IMG/VR virus record: IMGVR_UViG_3300036772_000294
Location: 15,824 to 79,823 of that record
Source: a virus
Length of the DNA stretch: 64,000 nt
Direction: 5' to 3' (one strand)
Every line of letters begins with the position of its first letter. Position 1 is the stretch's first letter. The position numbers were made by a program, and so were the translations under genes. Positions 1 to 9,214 of the stretch are shown one piece after another. A model generated the notes under the pieces. That model made no database searches. It was not told the DNA's origin and saw only the letters and a program-made list of their open reading frames with translations.

Positions 1-19
1 TCGCCAGATTAAGGAATGC

Positions 20-244
20 TTGCGGGCAATGATGCCTGAGGTAAAGGCAGCATTTGATGCACCACTTAGCTCTGTTGAAAGTGCAAAAACGATTTCTAAA
101 TTTTTTAACATCGCCAACCCGGATGTGATTTTTCAACTGATTGTTGAATCAGATGAGCGAGACATTCTCGAAAAAGAAAATGCAAAACTTAAGGGGTCTG
201 GCTTGCATCCAGTAACGACATTATCCGGGAACTCAAGTTACTAA
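20..244 (+). CDS. hypothetical phage protein (probably 5'-truncated by the window edge)
   Basis: ORF abuts the next gene (stop 244 / start 245); no recognisable motif. Confidence 0.45.
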   Translation: MRAMMPEVKAAFDAPLSSVESAKTISKFFNIANPDVIFQLIVESDERDILEKENAKLKGSGLHPVTTLSGNSSY

Positions 245-472
245 ATGATTAATCAAATCAAGCACTGCCCAGAGGGGAATACGCCATCATTGATTCATCG
301 TCGTGCTGGAGGGCCAGACAGAAAGCAGTTTGTTTTGAAGTGCGAGTGCCAATGTTGTCGGGTCGCTGAGGTTTACTGGGATAGCCGCAGCGCTGAGCGC
401 CAGGCAAAACATGACACGATAGAAAAATGGAACAGCGAGGTTGAACGTATTATTCTGGAGAGCAGGGAATAG
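245..472 (+). CDS. small Cys-rich protein, Lar (restriction alleviation)-like zinc ribbon
   Basis: N-terminal CP motif, second Cys cluster (CECQCC) and C-terminal 'WN' as in Lar-family proteins. Confidence 0.45.
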   Translation: MINQIKHCPEGNTPSLIHRRAGGPDRKQFVLKCECQCCRVAEVYWDSRSAERQAKHDTIEKWNSEVERIILESRE

Positions 473-550
473 CTATCTGGGTCCGGCAAAGAGTGGATTT
501 GCCCACAGAGTCGGCGTTAAAGCTCAGTGGGCACAGAAGTCGCGTATACA

Positions 551-1270
551 CTATTGGTTATTGATGGTTGTCTTAACGCTTTCAGTCTTCTGGATAATGA
601 CCTCTTTGTTAAGGCTTGGCGCCGGACTTGATGTCAGGACGGAGATAAAATTTTTCCAGGCTGAACTTACAACGGTGCCTCTGTCGTCTGAAGACAAAAA
701 CTGAGCGGCTATACCGTAAATAACGATCGCAAATGCCAGTGCGGCAAACACTCCCTGAAATCCATTCAGGAACCAACATAAAGCACGATACCAGGCGTTA
801 GCTTTTTTCTTCTCATTAGCGCCGGCAGCTCTGTAAAACTCTACAACGGCCTGAACTTTAGCAGCTTCAATTTCTTTTTTGTGTTGCGTTTCTCGCTCTT
901 CGAGTCTCGCTGTTAACGATTGTATCTGCTCGTCTTTACTTTTTGTTTGAGAGATTTCCTCGCCAATTCGAGCCTCAACCTCGCTGATTTGTTCTTCAAA
1001 GTTGGTATGAATAATTTCTTCCAGTTCTTCCATCAATTTTCGGATCATATCCTCGCCACGTGAGCGATACGAATTGACCCTCATCGGGACATCGATGACC
1101 TGATCATGGAATTGCTGAACTTTGAAATTTATGTCATCAGTACTAAGCCCCTTCTCATGGAGCATTTCGGCATACTGGTTTTTTTCTAGTTTATAGAGAG
1201 CGTAGGCAAATAAGCCTGTATGGTCGTTCTCATCTTCCACTAATGCCGTAAAAACCCATTGCTTGGACAA
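551..1270 (-). CDS. coiled-coil membrane protein (moron)
   Basis: 239 aa; central coiled coil; TM segment GVFAALAFAIVIYGIAAQF; TTG start with GGGGG SD. Confidence 0.75.
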   Translation of the reverse strand: MSKQWVFTALVEDENDHTGLFAYALYKLEKNQYAEMLHEKGLSTDDINFKVQQFHDQVIDVPMRVNSYRSRGEDMIRKLMEELEEIIHTNFEEQISEVEARIGEEISQTKSKDEQIQSLTARLEERETQHKKEIEAAKVQAVVEFYRAAGANEKKKANAWYRALCWFLNGFQGVFAALAFAIVIYGIAAQFLSSDDRGTVVSSAWKNFISVLTSSPAPSLNKEVIIQKTESVKTTINNQ

Positions 1271-1330
1271 GCCATCCCCCTGATAGCAAAACGCCCCAAT
1301 GAAGGGGCGTGGAAATTAAGATGATTCAGA

Positions 1331-1546
1331 CTACCGCGTAGACGATGTAACGGAAGCAAACACTCGACCCAGCAGGCTATTTACGTCACTGGAAGACATG
1401 CTCGCACTGGTAGAATTAGATTTGGCGGACGCAGGACGAGAAGTGTTGCGTTCAGCTGCAGGCGTTGTGCTGCGCTGTGCAATCTGGCGAACGATCTCGG
1501 TCTTACGTGATGCCGAAATAGTTTGTAAAACGATTTTTTTAGCCAT
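1331..1546 (-). CDS. small basic Ser-rich hypothetical protein
   Basis: ATG 1546 with GAGGGAG SD; upstream of and co-oriented with 551..1270. Confidence 0.55.
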   Translation of the reverse strand: MAKKIVLQTISASRKTEIVRQIAQRSTTPAAERNTSRPASAKSNSTSASMSSSDVNSLLGRVFASVTSSTR

Positions 1547-1723
1547 GTTTAATCTCCCTCTCTGATCCATATAATACCAGAAAAAGACCGATTAACAGGT
1601 CTTTTCAGCATGATCAACCCTCTTTTCCTGCTGTTCACTACATATAGGTGCCCTGGTTAAAACCGAGCCCATATATAGTATTTTAGATTCCCTGCTCATT
1701 TTTGATACGTCACAGAGGAAGGA

Positions 1724-1961
1724 TTAACGACAACCTTCACCCTTGGGTTGCGTATTGAAGGATTCCCAAAAACTCATGAACTCTGCGGCTGGAAGAGCAG
1801 GGGAGTAGAAATAGCCCTGTAGAAATGAAACCCCCTTTTCCATGAGATATGACGCCTGAAAATCAGTCTCAACGCCCTCAGCAATTGTCGCCATCCCAAG
1901 TGTTTGGGCCATATCGATTACGCAATCGACCAGTCGTGTAGAGTCGGGATTGTTATTGATT
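1724..1961 (-). pseudogene. C-terminal fragment of an EAL-domain c-di-GMP phosphodiesterase
   Basis: Motifs IAEGVET and LQGYFYSPAL present; N-terminal EAL part missing and replaced by a tandem repeat. Confidence 0.85.
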
Positions 1962-2009
1962 CCTGCACACCTGCACACCTGCACACCTGCACATTTGCAC
2001 ATCTGTAGA
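1962..2009 (+). repeat. 8-bp tandem repeat CCTGCACA (4 perfect + 2 degenerate copies)
   Basis: Read directly: CCTGCACA x4, TTTGCACA, TCTGTAGA. Confidence 0.9.
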
Positions 2010-2016
2010 TATGTTT

Positions 2017-2280
2017 CTATTTCTCCACTGTACCCAGGCGCAGGCTGTCCACCTGCCTGATTGCCTGCTTATCAATATTTTGTTCATGAATCAGGACAAT
2101 CAACGGCTCAAGCCATTCAACTGCTTGCTGATAGGTTATGTCACTGGAGGCAAGGGGATAAGTACGGGTTGCGTCAGATCCGCCGGAATGGGGGAGCATA
2201 CCGGCATTGTACGTGGCAACGAGTGAGTGCAGGCGCTCAGCGTAAATACGAGGAACAGGTTTAGCAGCACAATCCTCAGT
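2017..2280 (-). pseudogene. o-spanin (Rz1-like lipoprotein), frameshifted near 2146
   Basis: Lipobox TLSAC and Pro-rich stretch end at TAA 2136; typical C-terminus (TYQQAVEW...NIDKQAIRQ) continues in the Rz frame; start position approximate. Confidence 0.75.
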
Positions 2281-2529
2281 TTTGAAAACCGTACGGTTAA
2301 TCGTTCGCCAGACCTGGGACTGGCCTGTCTCGTTTTGCTTTGCATTTTTTGCTTCCACTGAAATTGTATTGAGCCGTTGAAAAAGAGCTGATTGCAACGA
2401 AACTTTTGCTGTCAGGTTAAGGTTCTCTTTGTTCAGACTGATATTTTCCGCGCGTGTATCAATTGCCCAGTTAGCTGCGTAACACACCGCTATCGCTCCC
2501 CCCAGCATTAACATGATCTTCCATTTCAA
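2017..2529 (-). CDS. i-spanin (Rz-like), reading through into the o-spanin C-terminus because of a frameshift
   Basis: N-terminal TM, coiled coil and DCAxxPVP motif; follows the endolysin; last ~43 aa look like Rz1. Confidence 0.8.
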   Translation of the reverse strand: MKWKIMLMLGGAIAVCYAANWAIDTRAENISLNKENLNLTAKVSLQSALFQRLNTISVEAKNAKQNETGQSQVWRTINRTVFKTEDCAAKPVPRIYAERLHSLVATYNAGMLPHSGGSDATRTYPLASSDITYQQAVEWLEPLIVLIHEQNIDKQAIRQVDSLRLGTVEK

Positions 2530-2912
2530 GCTGGATAGTCCCTATGTGGGAGCTGAAAATGCGGCCCATCCTTCAGCGTTATCCAGTCCCCACCCCATTC
2601 AATCGGAATGTTCAGATCTTTGGCTGCCTGCTTAACGCTGTTAGCAATTTGCTTATAGTATTTCCATTCCCATGAGCCAGACGGTGTTGGAAAAGCGAAG
2701 ACATCAACGGCATGGCCGGTAATGTGTCGGCTATTCATCGTCTGGCTTTTACCAGCGGCTAAAAGCTCCTTCTGCCTGGCGACCGTTCGCAGACCTTCGG
2801 TAATACCAAAGTCGATAGGGGAGAGCTCTAATGCGCGGCGAACAACTGTAACCAGTTGTGGATTGACGCCTTTGAGGTTTGTTTCGCTTCTTTGGCTGAA
2901 TTTAAATGTCAT
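2526..2912 (-). CDS. endolysin, M15-family L-Ala-D-Glu peptidase
   Basis: SRHITGHAVD and WGGDW...DGPHFQL Zn-peptidase motifs. Confidence 0.92.
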   Translation of the reverse strand: MTFKFSQRSETNLKGVNPQLVTVVRRALELSPIDFGITEGLRTVARQKELLAAGKSQTMNSRHITGHAVDVFAFPTPSGSWEWKYYKQIANSVKQAAKDLNIPIEWGGDWITLKDGPHFQLPHRDYPA

Positions 2913-2913
2913 A

Positions 2914-3657
2914 TCAGGATGGCCTATTGAGTAGTTCGGACTTCACGCTATCGGGTAATAAGGTAAGGGCCGCATCGTTCATCGATCCGCCCTGTGTTAA
3001 AGAGTCCAGAAGGATAATGGTTATCGCGTCATCTTTGGCCGCGTGGGCCGCGTTGACAGAATTAGCGGCATTGCTGGCCAGCTGCTCAACATCGTGCGCA
3101 GGGGTATCGCATGCGGTTATCTGCTGCTGAAGAGCAGTAGTGACGCTCCTTACTTCCTGGATCAGAGCGTCAGATAGCACTGGCGGGACGAGCTTGAGGG
3201 CAGCGTTTACGCGTGCGAAGCATGCTGCAGCGGGCGCGGTATTTATCAGTTGAAGCTGAGATTGCAGGTTGCCGGATTTACGGTCATCGGTAATGGCAAC
3301 GAGAATCTGCGGCTGGGTATCGGACGGCAAATGATTCACCTTGCAATACACGTCCCATCCAATTTGTATGCCGATCAGTTCTGACTTAGTGGCATTGGCC
3401 TCTATCAAGCTGGCAAGCGCAGCGGCGTGCTCACAGATATTTTTCAAGGCCGCCGGAGAGCTTTTTATATAAGTCACTTCAGGTGAAATGCTGGGCGGGT
3501 ATACGACATCGGACGAAATCATTGCCGCCAGCTGCACCTGCCGGCTGGTAGCGAGATCAATGCAGGATGAGGCTGTCTTTAGTGCTGCTGGCTTAATAAG
3601 CCCACCAGTTGCCTGAAGCGCTTGAAAAGCACGTACCTGGTAGTCTTTATCAAGCAT
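2914..3657 (-). CDS. upfB: P1 UpfB-like protein
   Basis: Starts MLDKDYQ, contains IGWDVYC and ends LPDSV..EL, as recalled for P1 UpfB; syntenic with upfC and hrdC. Confidence 0.75.
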   Translation of the reverse strand: MLDKDYQVRAFQALQATGGLIKPAALKTASSCIDLATSRQVQLAAMISSDVVYPPSISPEVTYIKSSPAALKNICEHAAALASLIEANATKSELIGIQIGWDVYCKVNHLPSDTQPQILVAITDDRKSGNLQSQLQLINTAPAAACFARVNAALKLVPPVLSDALIQEVRSVTTALQQQITACDTPAHDVEQLASNAANSVNAAHAAKDDAITIILLDSLTQGGSMNDAALTLLPDSVKSELLNRPS

Positions 3658-3841
3658 GCTTTGACTCCGGGATTGCCTGGAGCATGCATTCCCGGCAAAC
3701 GTATTTGCCTGATGCCCGGTCAAAATAAATGGCTTCACGATTAGAGCAGGGCGCTGAATAACAAAGGCCGTTATAGATGCCCTTTGTGTGACTGCCGCGC
3801 CCGCGTAAACGGCTTTCGCGCGTGGTGGCTGCTTTTTGCAT
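3650..3841 (-). CDS. small zinc-ribbon hypothetical protein
   Basis: 63 aa with CxxxxC and CxxC pairs; fills the gap between upfC and upfB. Confidence 0.5.
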   Translation of the reverse strand: MQKAATTRESRLRGRGSHTKGIYNGLCYSAPCSNREAIYFDRASGKYVCRECMLQAIPESKHA

Positions 3842-3846
3842 AACGT

Positions 3847-4131
3847 TTACTCGATTGTCAGAAAGCCGTCGCCGGTGGCCACCGATGACCCGCAGGAAAC
3901 TGGATCGCCAACGCATACAATTGGTACGCCATTAACAGTGAAGTATGGGCGCGTACTGATAGCCGAACCATCGTGCGAAGAAACGATATCCGCGTGTACG
4001 GCAAACATATTGCCGGCGACTAAAACGGGTAGTCCGTTAACTGTCATAAAGGGCTCATTGGTTACGGCAGGACGCGGCGGAAACCCCCCGTGGCCTGAAC
4101 AAATTGAACTCGCTATCGCGATCGCTGACAT
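3847..4131 (-). CDS. upfC: PAAR-repeat tail spike tip protein (P1 UpfC-like)
   Basis: CSGHGGFPPRP...VNG.P..VGDPVSCGS PAAR signature. Confidence 0.88.
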   Translation of the reverse strand: MSAIAIASSICSGHGGFPPRPAVTNEPFMTVNGLPVLVAGNMFAVHADIVSSHDGSAISTRPYFTVNGVPIVCVGDPVSCGSSVATGDGFLTIE

Positions 4132-4184
4132 ATCTCAGTCTCTATCCGTTGAAGTGGTGACTGGTCATCTTAAGTTGATTGTTT

Positions 4185-4224
4185 TATGACCTTGCATTAT
4201 AGGATAACAAAAAGTTTAGGATAG
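4185..4224 (-). promoter_or_regulatory. two overlapping copies of the 23-bp operator motif over a TATAAT -10 box upstream of upfC
   Basis: Minus strand: CTATCCTAAACTTTTTG TTATCCTATAATGC. Confidence 0.6.
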
Positions 4225-4391
4225 CGAGGGGAGAGTTTAATCAAGAAGAGGGCACACAAAGCAATACAGCCTCCACAGGAATCTGCGGAGGCTGTTATAC
4301 ACGCGGACTGCCAGATGCTTGCATTGCCCGGCATAGTTTCGGGCTGCGGTGATTACATGGTTAGCCTGGAGTTTTTACCTCGTTTAGGCAA

Positions 4392-5381
4392 TTAATAAGC
4401 AATAATTTTCTCTTCAGCTCCACAAGCATTTGCGGGGGAATTTCTTGCTGAACCTATCCAGATTCCAAATGAGCCGTCTGGTTTTTTGCAATAAACACGG
4501 GCCTGCCTTTCACATACAGCACTAAGAGTAGGCATGTCAGTAATTGAAATTGGCGGGCAATCCTTGATCTGAGATAAAGGTTTACCAGTGGTGTTGCTGA
4601 ACGGGAGAGGTGCTGGGCATCCAGGTTTTGGGGCACTTATCACTCCGTTACCCAATAACTGTGGTTCACAATTTTCTGGTGGTGGAGGAGGTGGGGTAAT
4701 TTTTTCAACTTTCTTAGGATGTGGGATATATAACATTGCCCCATTGAAGTTGGTATTTATGATCAAAGTAACAGGGCGTTCACCGATTCTGTCACAACTA
4801 AAATATTGTTCATTCCCGTCAATCTCCTGATCTTTTTCAACCATACTATCGCAAGTCATTCCGATTATTTGAGGTTTTCTAATTATTGTCGTATGAGACA
4901 CTGATCCTACATTCATAAATTTAATTGAGATATTTACCTGAGAATCATCTACAACTTCGCCATTAATTATCAAACCTCCTTGTCTGTTCTTGCATTGGCT
5001 CCATGCATCAATAATTTTAGGGTCTGCAACAAGACGGAGTGCCGAAGTGTAGCCTTGATCGGACATGTCACTCTGATTTTTGCTGCAATACTGATTTTTA
5101 GTGTTATTAACATCACTTGAATTGGAACTACCAGTTAGGCCCAGCCCAATAGAGCCAAGTTGAAGGCTTACACCGCCATCCCAGCCACCGGAGCTACTTT
5201 TATCCTGAGATGTAGAGGAGCAGAATTCGCTATTGAAAATGTTTCTCAGGTTTGATTTGTGCAGATCAGAGTAAGTATTTCTCACGCCTTGCTCAAGTAT
5301 GGCATCACATCCATCTAGGGCATAAGCGTTAGTTGATAAAAGGCCCAAAAGCGATACAACGCATAGTAACTTTGTACACAT
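4392..5381 (-). CDS. secreted Cys-rich protein with Pro-rich linker (moron)
   Basis: Signal peptide ending AYA; many Cys; PPPPPP tract; AT-rich relative to flanks. Confidence 0.8.
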   Translation of the reverse strand: MCTKLLCVVSLLGLLSTNAYALDGCDAILEQGVRNTYSDLHKSNLRNIFNSEFCSSTSQDKSSSGGWDGGVSLQLGSIGLGLTGSSNSSDVNNTKNQYCSKNQSDMSDQGYTSALRLVADPKIIDAWSQCKNRQGGLIINGEVVDDSQVNISIKFMNVGSVSHTTIIRKPQIIGMTCDSMVEKDQEIDGNEQYFSCDRIGERPVTLIINTNFNGAMLYIPHPKKVEKITPPPPPPENCEPQLLGNGVISAPKPGCPAPLPFSNTTGKPLSQIKDCPPISITDMPTLSAVCERQARVYCKKPDGSFGIWIGSARNSPANACGAEEKIIAY

Positions 5382-5522
5382 ATAGCGCCCTTATTTTTTT
5401 AATAGATATAAATCAAGGTAGCAGTACTATATAAATCCTCAATAGATAAGAAGTATAATTTTATTATATTTGATGACCGTCCTCAAAGGAGGCCCAATGT
5501 ATGTTGGGCCTGTGAGTCAGAA

Positions 5523-6452
5523 CTAGATAGGCTGCTGGCCTTTATATTCCCCACCTAAGGCAGCAATAACCTCGGCAATCATTGCTGCAACCTCACTGGT
5601 AAAAAGAAGGAAATCAGCGTCGAAGCGCTGCGCCAGGTCCTCCAGGTCAATATCATCATTTTGATTTAGCAGCGTGTCGCAAAATTTAAGTTTTGAAAGC
5701 ACGCCGTCGTCACTAAGTGAAAAGGTGATACGCTCTTGCCATTCCAACGCCAGCTTCGTCACGACCTTTCCGGCTTCAAGGTGGACACTTATCTCATCTG
5801 AGATCAGGTCTTGCCGTTTGCAGCCTATAACGCCTCCATGCTCAAGGATGGCGGTTAGCTGCGCCTCGTCCTGAATGAGGAAACCAGCTGGTGCATTACC
5901 CGTCTTGAGCCATTCGGTGAGCGTGAGTTCAACTGCACATTCAAACGTGAGGGGAACAACCGGCAAGGAGCCGATAGATTTCCTCAGAAGCGCCAGGGCA
6001 TCTTCTGCGCGTTTTGCGCTGGTGGCATTGATGGCAATCAGACCGGTTGTCGTATCGATCCAGATCTCGGTGCGGGAATACTTGCTGAATGCGCGCGGCA
6101 GCAGCGTATGTAGCACCTCATCTTTGAGAGAATCCTTTTCGGCTTTTTTCAGCTTTCGGCCCAGACTCTGTTGAAGCTTCTCTATTTTCTCCTGCAGGTG
6201 CATTTTCAGCACCGGCGACGGGAGGATCTTCTCTTCACGCTGGACAACCAGAAGAATGTGCCCTGAGCCAGTGTGTATGAGACTATCGCTGAGGTTCTCC
6301 AGTGGCGGCACCCAACCAGCTTTTGCCATGTCCTGGCTGGTACAAGTAACAAAGGCAAAAGCAGCCAGCTGTGCGGGCAGGCTTTCGGCATCCCAGGACA
6401 GATCACGCGATTGACGGTACAGGCAAAGGTTCTTAAAGGGTCTGAATAGCAT
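5523..6452 (-). CDS. rdgC: recombination-associated protein RdgC (P1 HrdC)
   Basis: FKNL..YR start, [29 protein letters not shown] motifs. Confidence 0.95.
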   Translation of the reverse strand: MLFRPFKNLCLYRQSRDLSWDAESLPAQLAAFAFVTCTSQDMAKAGWVPPLENLSDSLIHTGSGHILLVVQREEKILPSPVLKMHLQEKIEKLQQSLGRKLKKAEKDSLKDEVLHTLLPRAFSKYSRTEIWIDTTTGLIAINATSAKRAEDALALLRKSIGSLPVVPLTFECAVELTLTEWLKTGNAPAGFLIQDEAQLTAILEHGGVIGCKRQDLISDEISVHLEAGKVVTKLALEWQERITFSLSDDGVLSKLKFCDTLLNQNDDIDLEDLAQRFDADFLLFTSEVAAMIAEVIAALGGEYKGQQPI

Positions 6453-6750
6453 CGTCTGCGGCCTCCATAGTCAAGATGAAAGTGGACGCAGCGTGGGCAG
6501 GAATAAAAACGAGCGTAACGCTTTCCAGCCCGATCTCAGCGCAGTAACGCAGACAGCCGTCACTGGTGGTCCAGTATTTGATCCCGCCGCGTGTTTCCTT
6601 AGCCACCAGCTCTAAATCGTCTTTATTAGCGGATTTGCAATAAAGAGCATATTTGTCGGTAGACAGGTCTTTACGGACTTCGAAATTCTTCACTGACTCG
6701 CATTCAATCATCTGAATTAGAGAAAGCTTATCAATTAATCGTTGTTCCAT
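6433..6750 (-). CDS. hypothetical phage protein
   Basis: ORF overlaps the rdgC start; operator motif upstream. Confidence 0.65.
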   Translation of the reverse strand: MEQRLIDKLSLIQMIECESVKNFEVRKDLSTDKYALYCKSANKDDLELVAKETRGGIKYWTTSDGCLRYCAEIGLESVTLVFIPAHAASTFILTMEAADDAIQTL

Positions 6751-6803
6751 TTGAGGCACACCCCGTGGTGAGAAAGTCAGCTTGTGCCCCTATTGAATCA
6801 CAC

Positions 6804-6826
6804 AATAAAATCAAAGTTTAGGATAA
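6804..6826 (-). promoter_or_regulatory. 23-bp operator motif TTATCCTAAACTTTGATTTTATT
   Basis: Near-consensus copy of the repeated motif. Confidence 0.75.
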
Positions 6827-6827
6827 C

Positions 6828-7448
6828 TTATTTTTTAAACTCCACCGCTGCGCTTTTTGAGCTGAGCATGCCCCCCGCTTTAAGGTTTATGTTGCCCGCG
6901 GCTTCCAGATCTAAATCACTCCCTGATTTTAATTTCATGCCCCCGTCGGCTTGAATAAAGGCATTTTGAGTAGTGATGATGTAGATCTGTCCTGTGTCGT
7001 TCATACCCATCGTTGTATTGCTGGCCATGTGTGTAACGGACCAACTGCCATTAGGGCTGCGGTGCTCGAGCAGTCCGTTGCGGTTGTAAACGAAATCCTC
7101 GGTCGGGGTGTTGGGTGACACGTCAGGCGCGCCTTCTACCGCTGGTGGCTGATAACCTGGCCCTCCCCATGATTCAGGGGGAACATTTGGGGTGCCGCCG
7201 GGAGCATCCTGAGCGGCTCCAACGATAAGAGGGCGACGGGTATCCCCGTTATAGGGGAACTCTACCCACACATAATCGCCGACTTTACACGGGACAAATG
7301 CGCCGCCGATGGGGAGGAGGTATTCCGCCCAGGGGCAGGCTTCATCCGGGACTGCATCCCATGTGCCGACGAGCTTTATCTGTGCGCGCATGAGCTTGTC
7401 AGGATCTATGGTGTTGGTGATTTTGGCCCGCATACGTAAATTAGTCAC
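6828..7448 (-). CDS. baseplate central spike (GpV-like; P1 gp5)
   Basis: OB-fold motif P..GD.VWVEF..GD.RRP.I.G; C-terminal beta-helix repeats; P1 order 5-6-24-7-25-26. Confidence 0.85.
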   Translation of the reverse strand: MTNLRMRAKITNTIDPDKLMRAQIKLVGTWDAVPDEACPWAEYLLPIGGAFVPCKVGDYVWVEFPYNGDTRRPLIVGAAQDAPGGTPNVPPESWGGPGYQPPAVEGAPDVSPNTPTEDFVYNRNGLLEHRSPNGSWSVTHMASNTTMGMNDTGQIYIITTQNAFIQADGGMKLKSGSDLDLEAAGNINLKAGGMLSSKSAAVEFKK

Positions 7449-8430
7449 CGTTGAATACTCCCATTTCAACAAAGCAACGATAATTATCGCCGGTATCGAA
7501 GTGCGTTACTTTCGTGGCAACCATAACAGCGGGCATCGACTCGTCTACACTGCTTTCGCTGTTATCGCGGTGAATGACGCACTTTATCGGGTAGCCTGGA
7601 GTGATGGCACCGAAACCAGGCGTATCAAACTCAAGCGCCGGTGCGAAGTAGTTACGCAGGTTGTTTAGTTGTGCTACGTCCCCAGCTGGCACCAGCCTGA
7701 TAGGGTCGCTCTCGCCTCCCTTCGAGCTGCGTAAGCCTTCGGTCATGGAGTAACTGACGTAGCGCACTTTGTGCTGACGTTCCAGCTCATAATCCTTACT
7801 CAGAATTTTGAAGGACAACATCGAGTGTCGGGCCTTCGCGTTGTTGGCCTCGATAGTGAGCATTGCTGACTGGCCGGATAACCGGGCCATGTCTTTGAAA
7901 TGCAGCTTGCCGCGGGACCACCAGCATAACGCACCATGATCTTTGGCTATCTGACGAAGGAGCTTAGATGGCAGCCCACCAACATTCAGATGATATGTTC
8001 CCAGCCCGTGAAATGTATCCGCGTCGATCGCAGCACCTGGAGCGAGCTCGCGCAGTATCGCGGCGGGTTGCTTTTCAACAAAGAAACGCGTCGTACTACT
8101 TGGCGTCTTAAGCTTGAATGTTGTTTCCGAAAACGCGTTGATCTCAATGATTGGGCCAGCCATTGGCGGCACGACAACGGTAAAGCGTTCTTTGAAGATA
8201 GTGCCCCCCCCATCGGGGTCGCCTAATGACGCCTCTATCAAGGTCCCTTTCTGCACCTTCATATTGTCGTTATACGTATGGTCGTTGTTGTTCAGCCTGA
8301 TTATCAGCTGTGGACCGCTCATGTCCGACGTTTCTATGTATGCCAGCTGGGCAATGCGTTCGACGGGTATTTGCCTACCCGCTAACGTCAGGTGCTGAAC
8401 AAAGAAACTGGTCTGATTGTTATCGCTCAT
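7441..8430 (-). CDS. baseplate hub protein (P1 gp6-like)
   Basis: Synteny, size, LLRQIAKDHGALCW GpD-like motif. Confidence 0.75.
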   Translation of the reverse strand: MSDNNQTSFFVQHLTLAGRQIPVERIAQLAYIETSDMSGPQLIIRLNNNDHTYNDNMKVQKGTLIEASLGDPDGGGTIFKERFTVVVPPMAGPIIEINAFSETTFKLKTPSSTTRFFVEKQPAAILRELAPGAAIDADTFHGLGTYHLNVGGLPSKLLRQIAKDHGALCWWSRGKLHFKDMARLSGQSAMLTIEANNAKARHSMLSFKILSKDYELERQHKVRYVSYSMTEGLRSSKGGESDPIRLVPAGDVAQLNNLRNYFAPALEFDTPGFGAITPGYPIKCVIHRDNSESSVDESMPAVMVATKVTHFDTGDNYRCFVEMGVFNGD

Positions 8431-9214
8431 GCAGGACGCTCCCATAGACGCGCACTGTCGTATTCACCGGCTCTATAAATTCGGCTTCCAGTATCTCGGA
8501 CACAACGTCTATTGCGATGGCATTTGCGTACAAGCGCCCCTCGTCGCGGCTTACTGACTGTGAGGCGAATGAAACCTCCATGGGGAATTCCACCTCAGTG
8601 TTGAGCATGACAGGCGCGCCGCCGAGGCGTGTTTTAGCCTGGAACGTTTTCGTCCTTTTTCGTGTGCTTCGCCGCATATAGGTTGCGAGCGTTGTACTCA
8701 TCATGGAAAGGGAATGTTTTTCATCGGAGATCAGCACGACGGTATAGGTGAACTTCACAAACGATTTGTTAACGATGGCGTAAGCGAGCTGTCTGGCTGT
8801 TCCCTCGGTCCTAACCAACGTACCGATATTCTCGATATCGATGTAGGCGTCAGTGTCGAACATGCCAAAATCGACGCTGCGGCTAACATGGATAACGGGT
8901 AGTGCGTTGTGGTTGATATTTTTGCCGTGTTCACCCTTCCTCCCTTCTTTGGCCTTTGTTATGGCGTTTACCAGGTCCATAGGCGTGTCATATTCGCCTA
9001 CAAATACACGGTCTTTAGGGTCGCGCGCCAGGAAGGCACGGAAGGGATCACTTTCGCGGCGCTGGTCGGTGATTCGTATGCCGGTGAATATCTCCAGGAT
9101 GTAATTCCCAAAGGCTGTATCGACGTCGCTCAGGTCCGTTATTTCCCGCTCACCAGTTAATGTTTTATTGGGGATTTGAAACTGCGCTAAAAGCTCTCTT
9201 GTCTCAGTGCTCAT
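8420..9214 (-). CDS. tail/baseplate protein (P1 gp24-like)
   Basis: Synteny and size; overlaps neighbours. Confidence 0.7.
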   Translation of the reverse strand: MSTETRELLAQFQIPNKTLTGEREITDLSDVDTAFGNYILEIFTGIRITDQRRESDPFRAFLARDPKDRVFVGEYDTPMDLVNAITKAKEGRKGEHGKNINHNALPVIHVSRSVDFGMFDTDAYIDIENIGTLVRTEGTARQLAYAIVNKSFVKFTYTVVLISDEKHSLSMMSTTLATYMRRSTRKRTKTFQAKTRLGGAPVMLNTEVEFPMEVSFASQSVSRDEGRLYANAIAIDVVSEILEAEFIEPVNTTVRVYGSVLHER

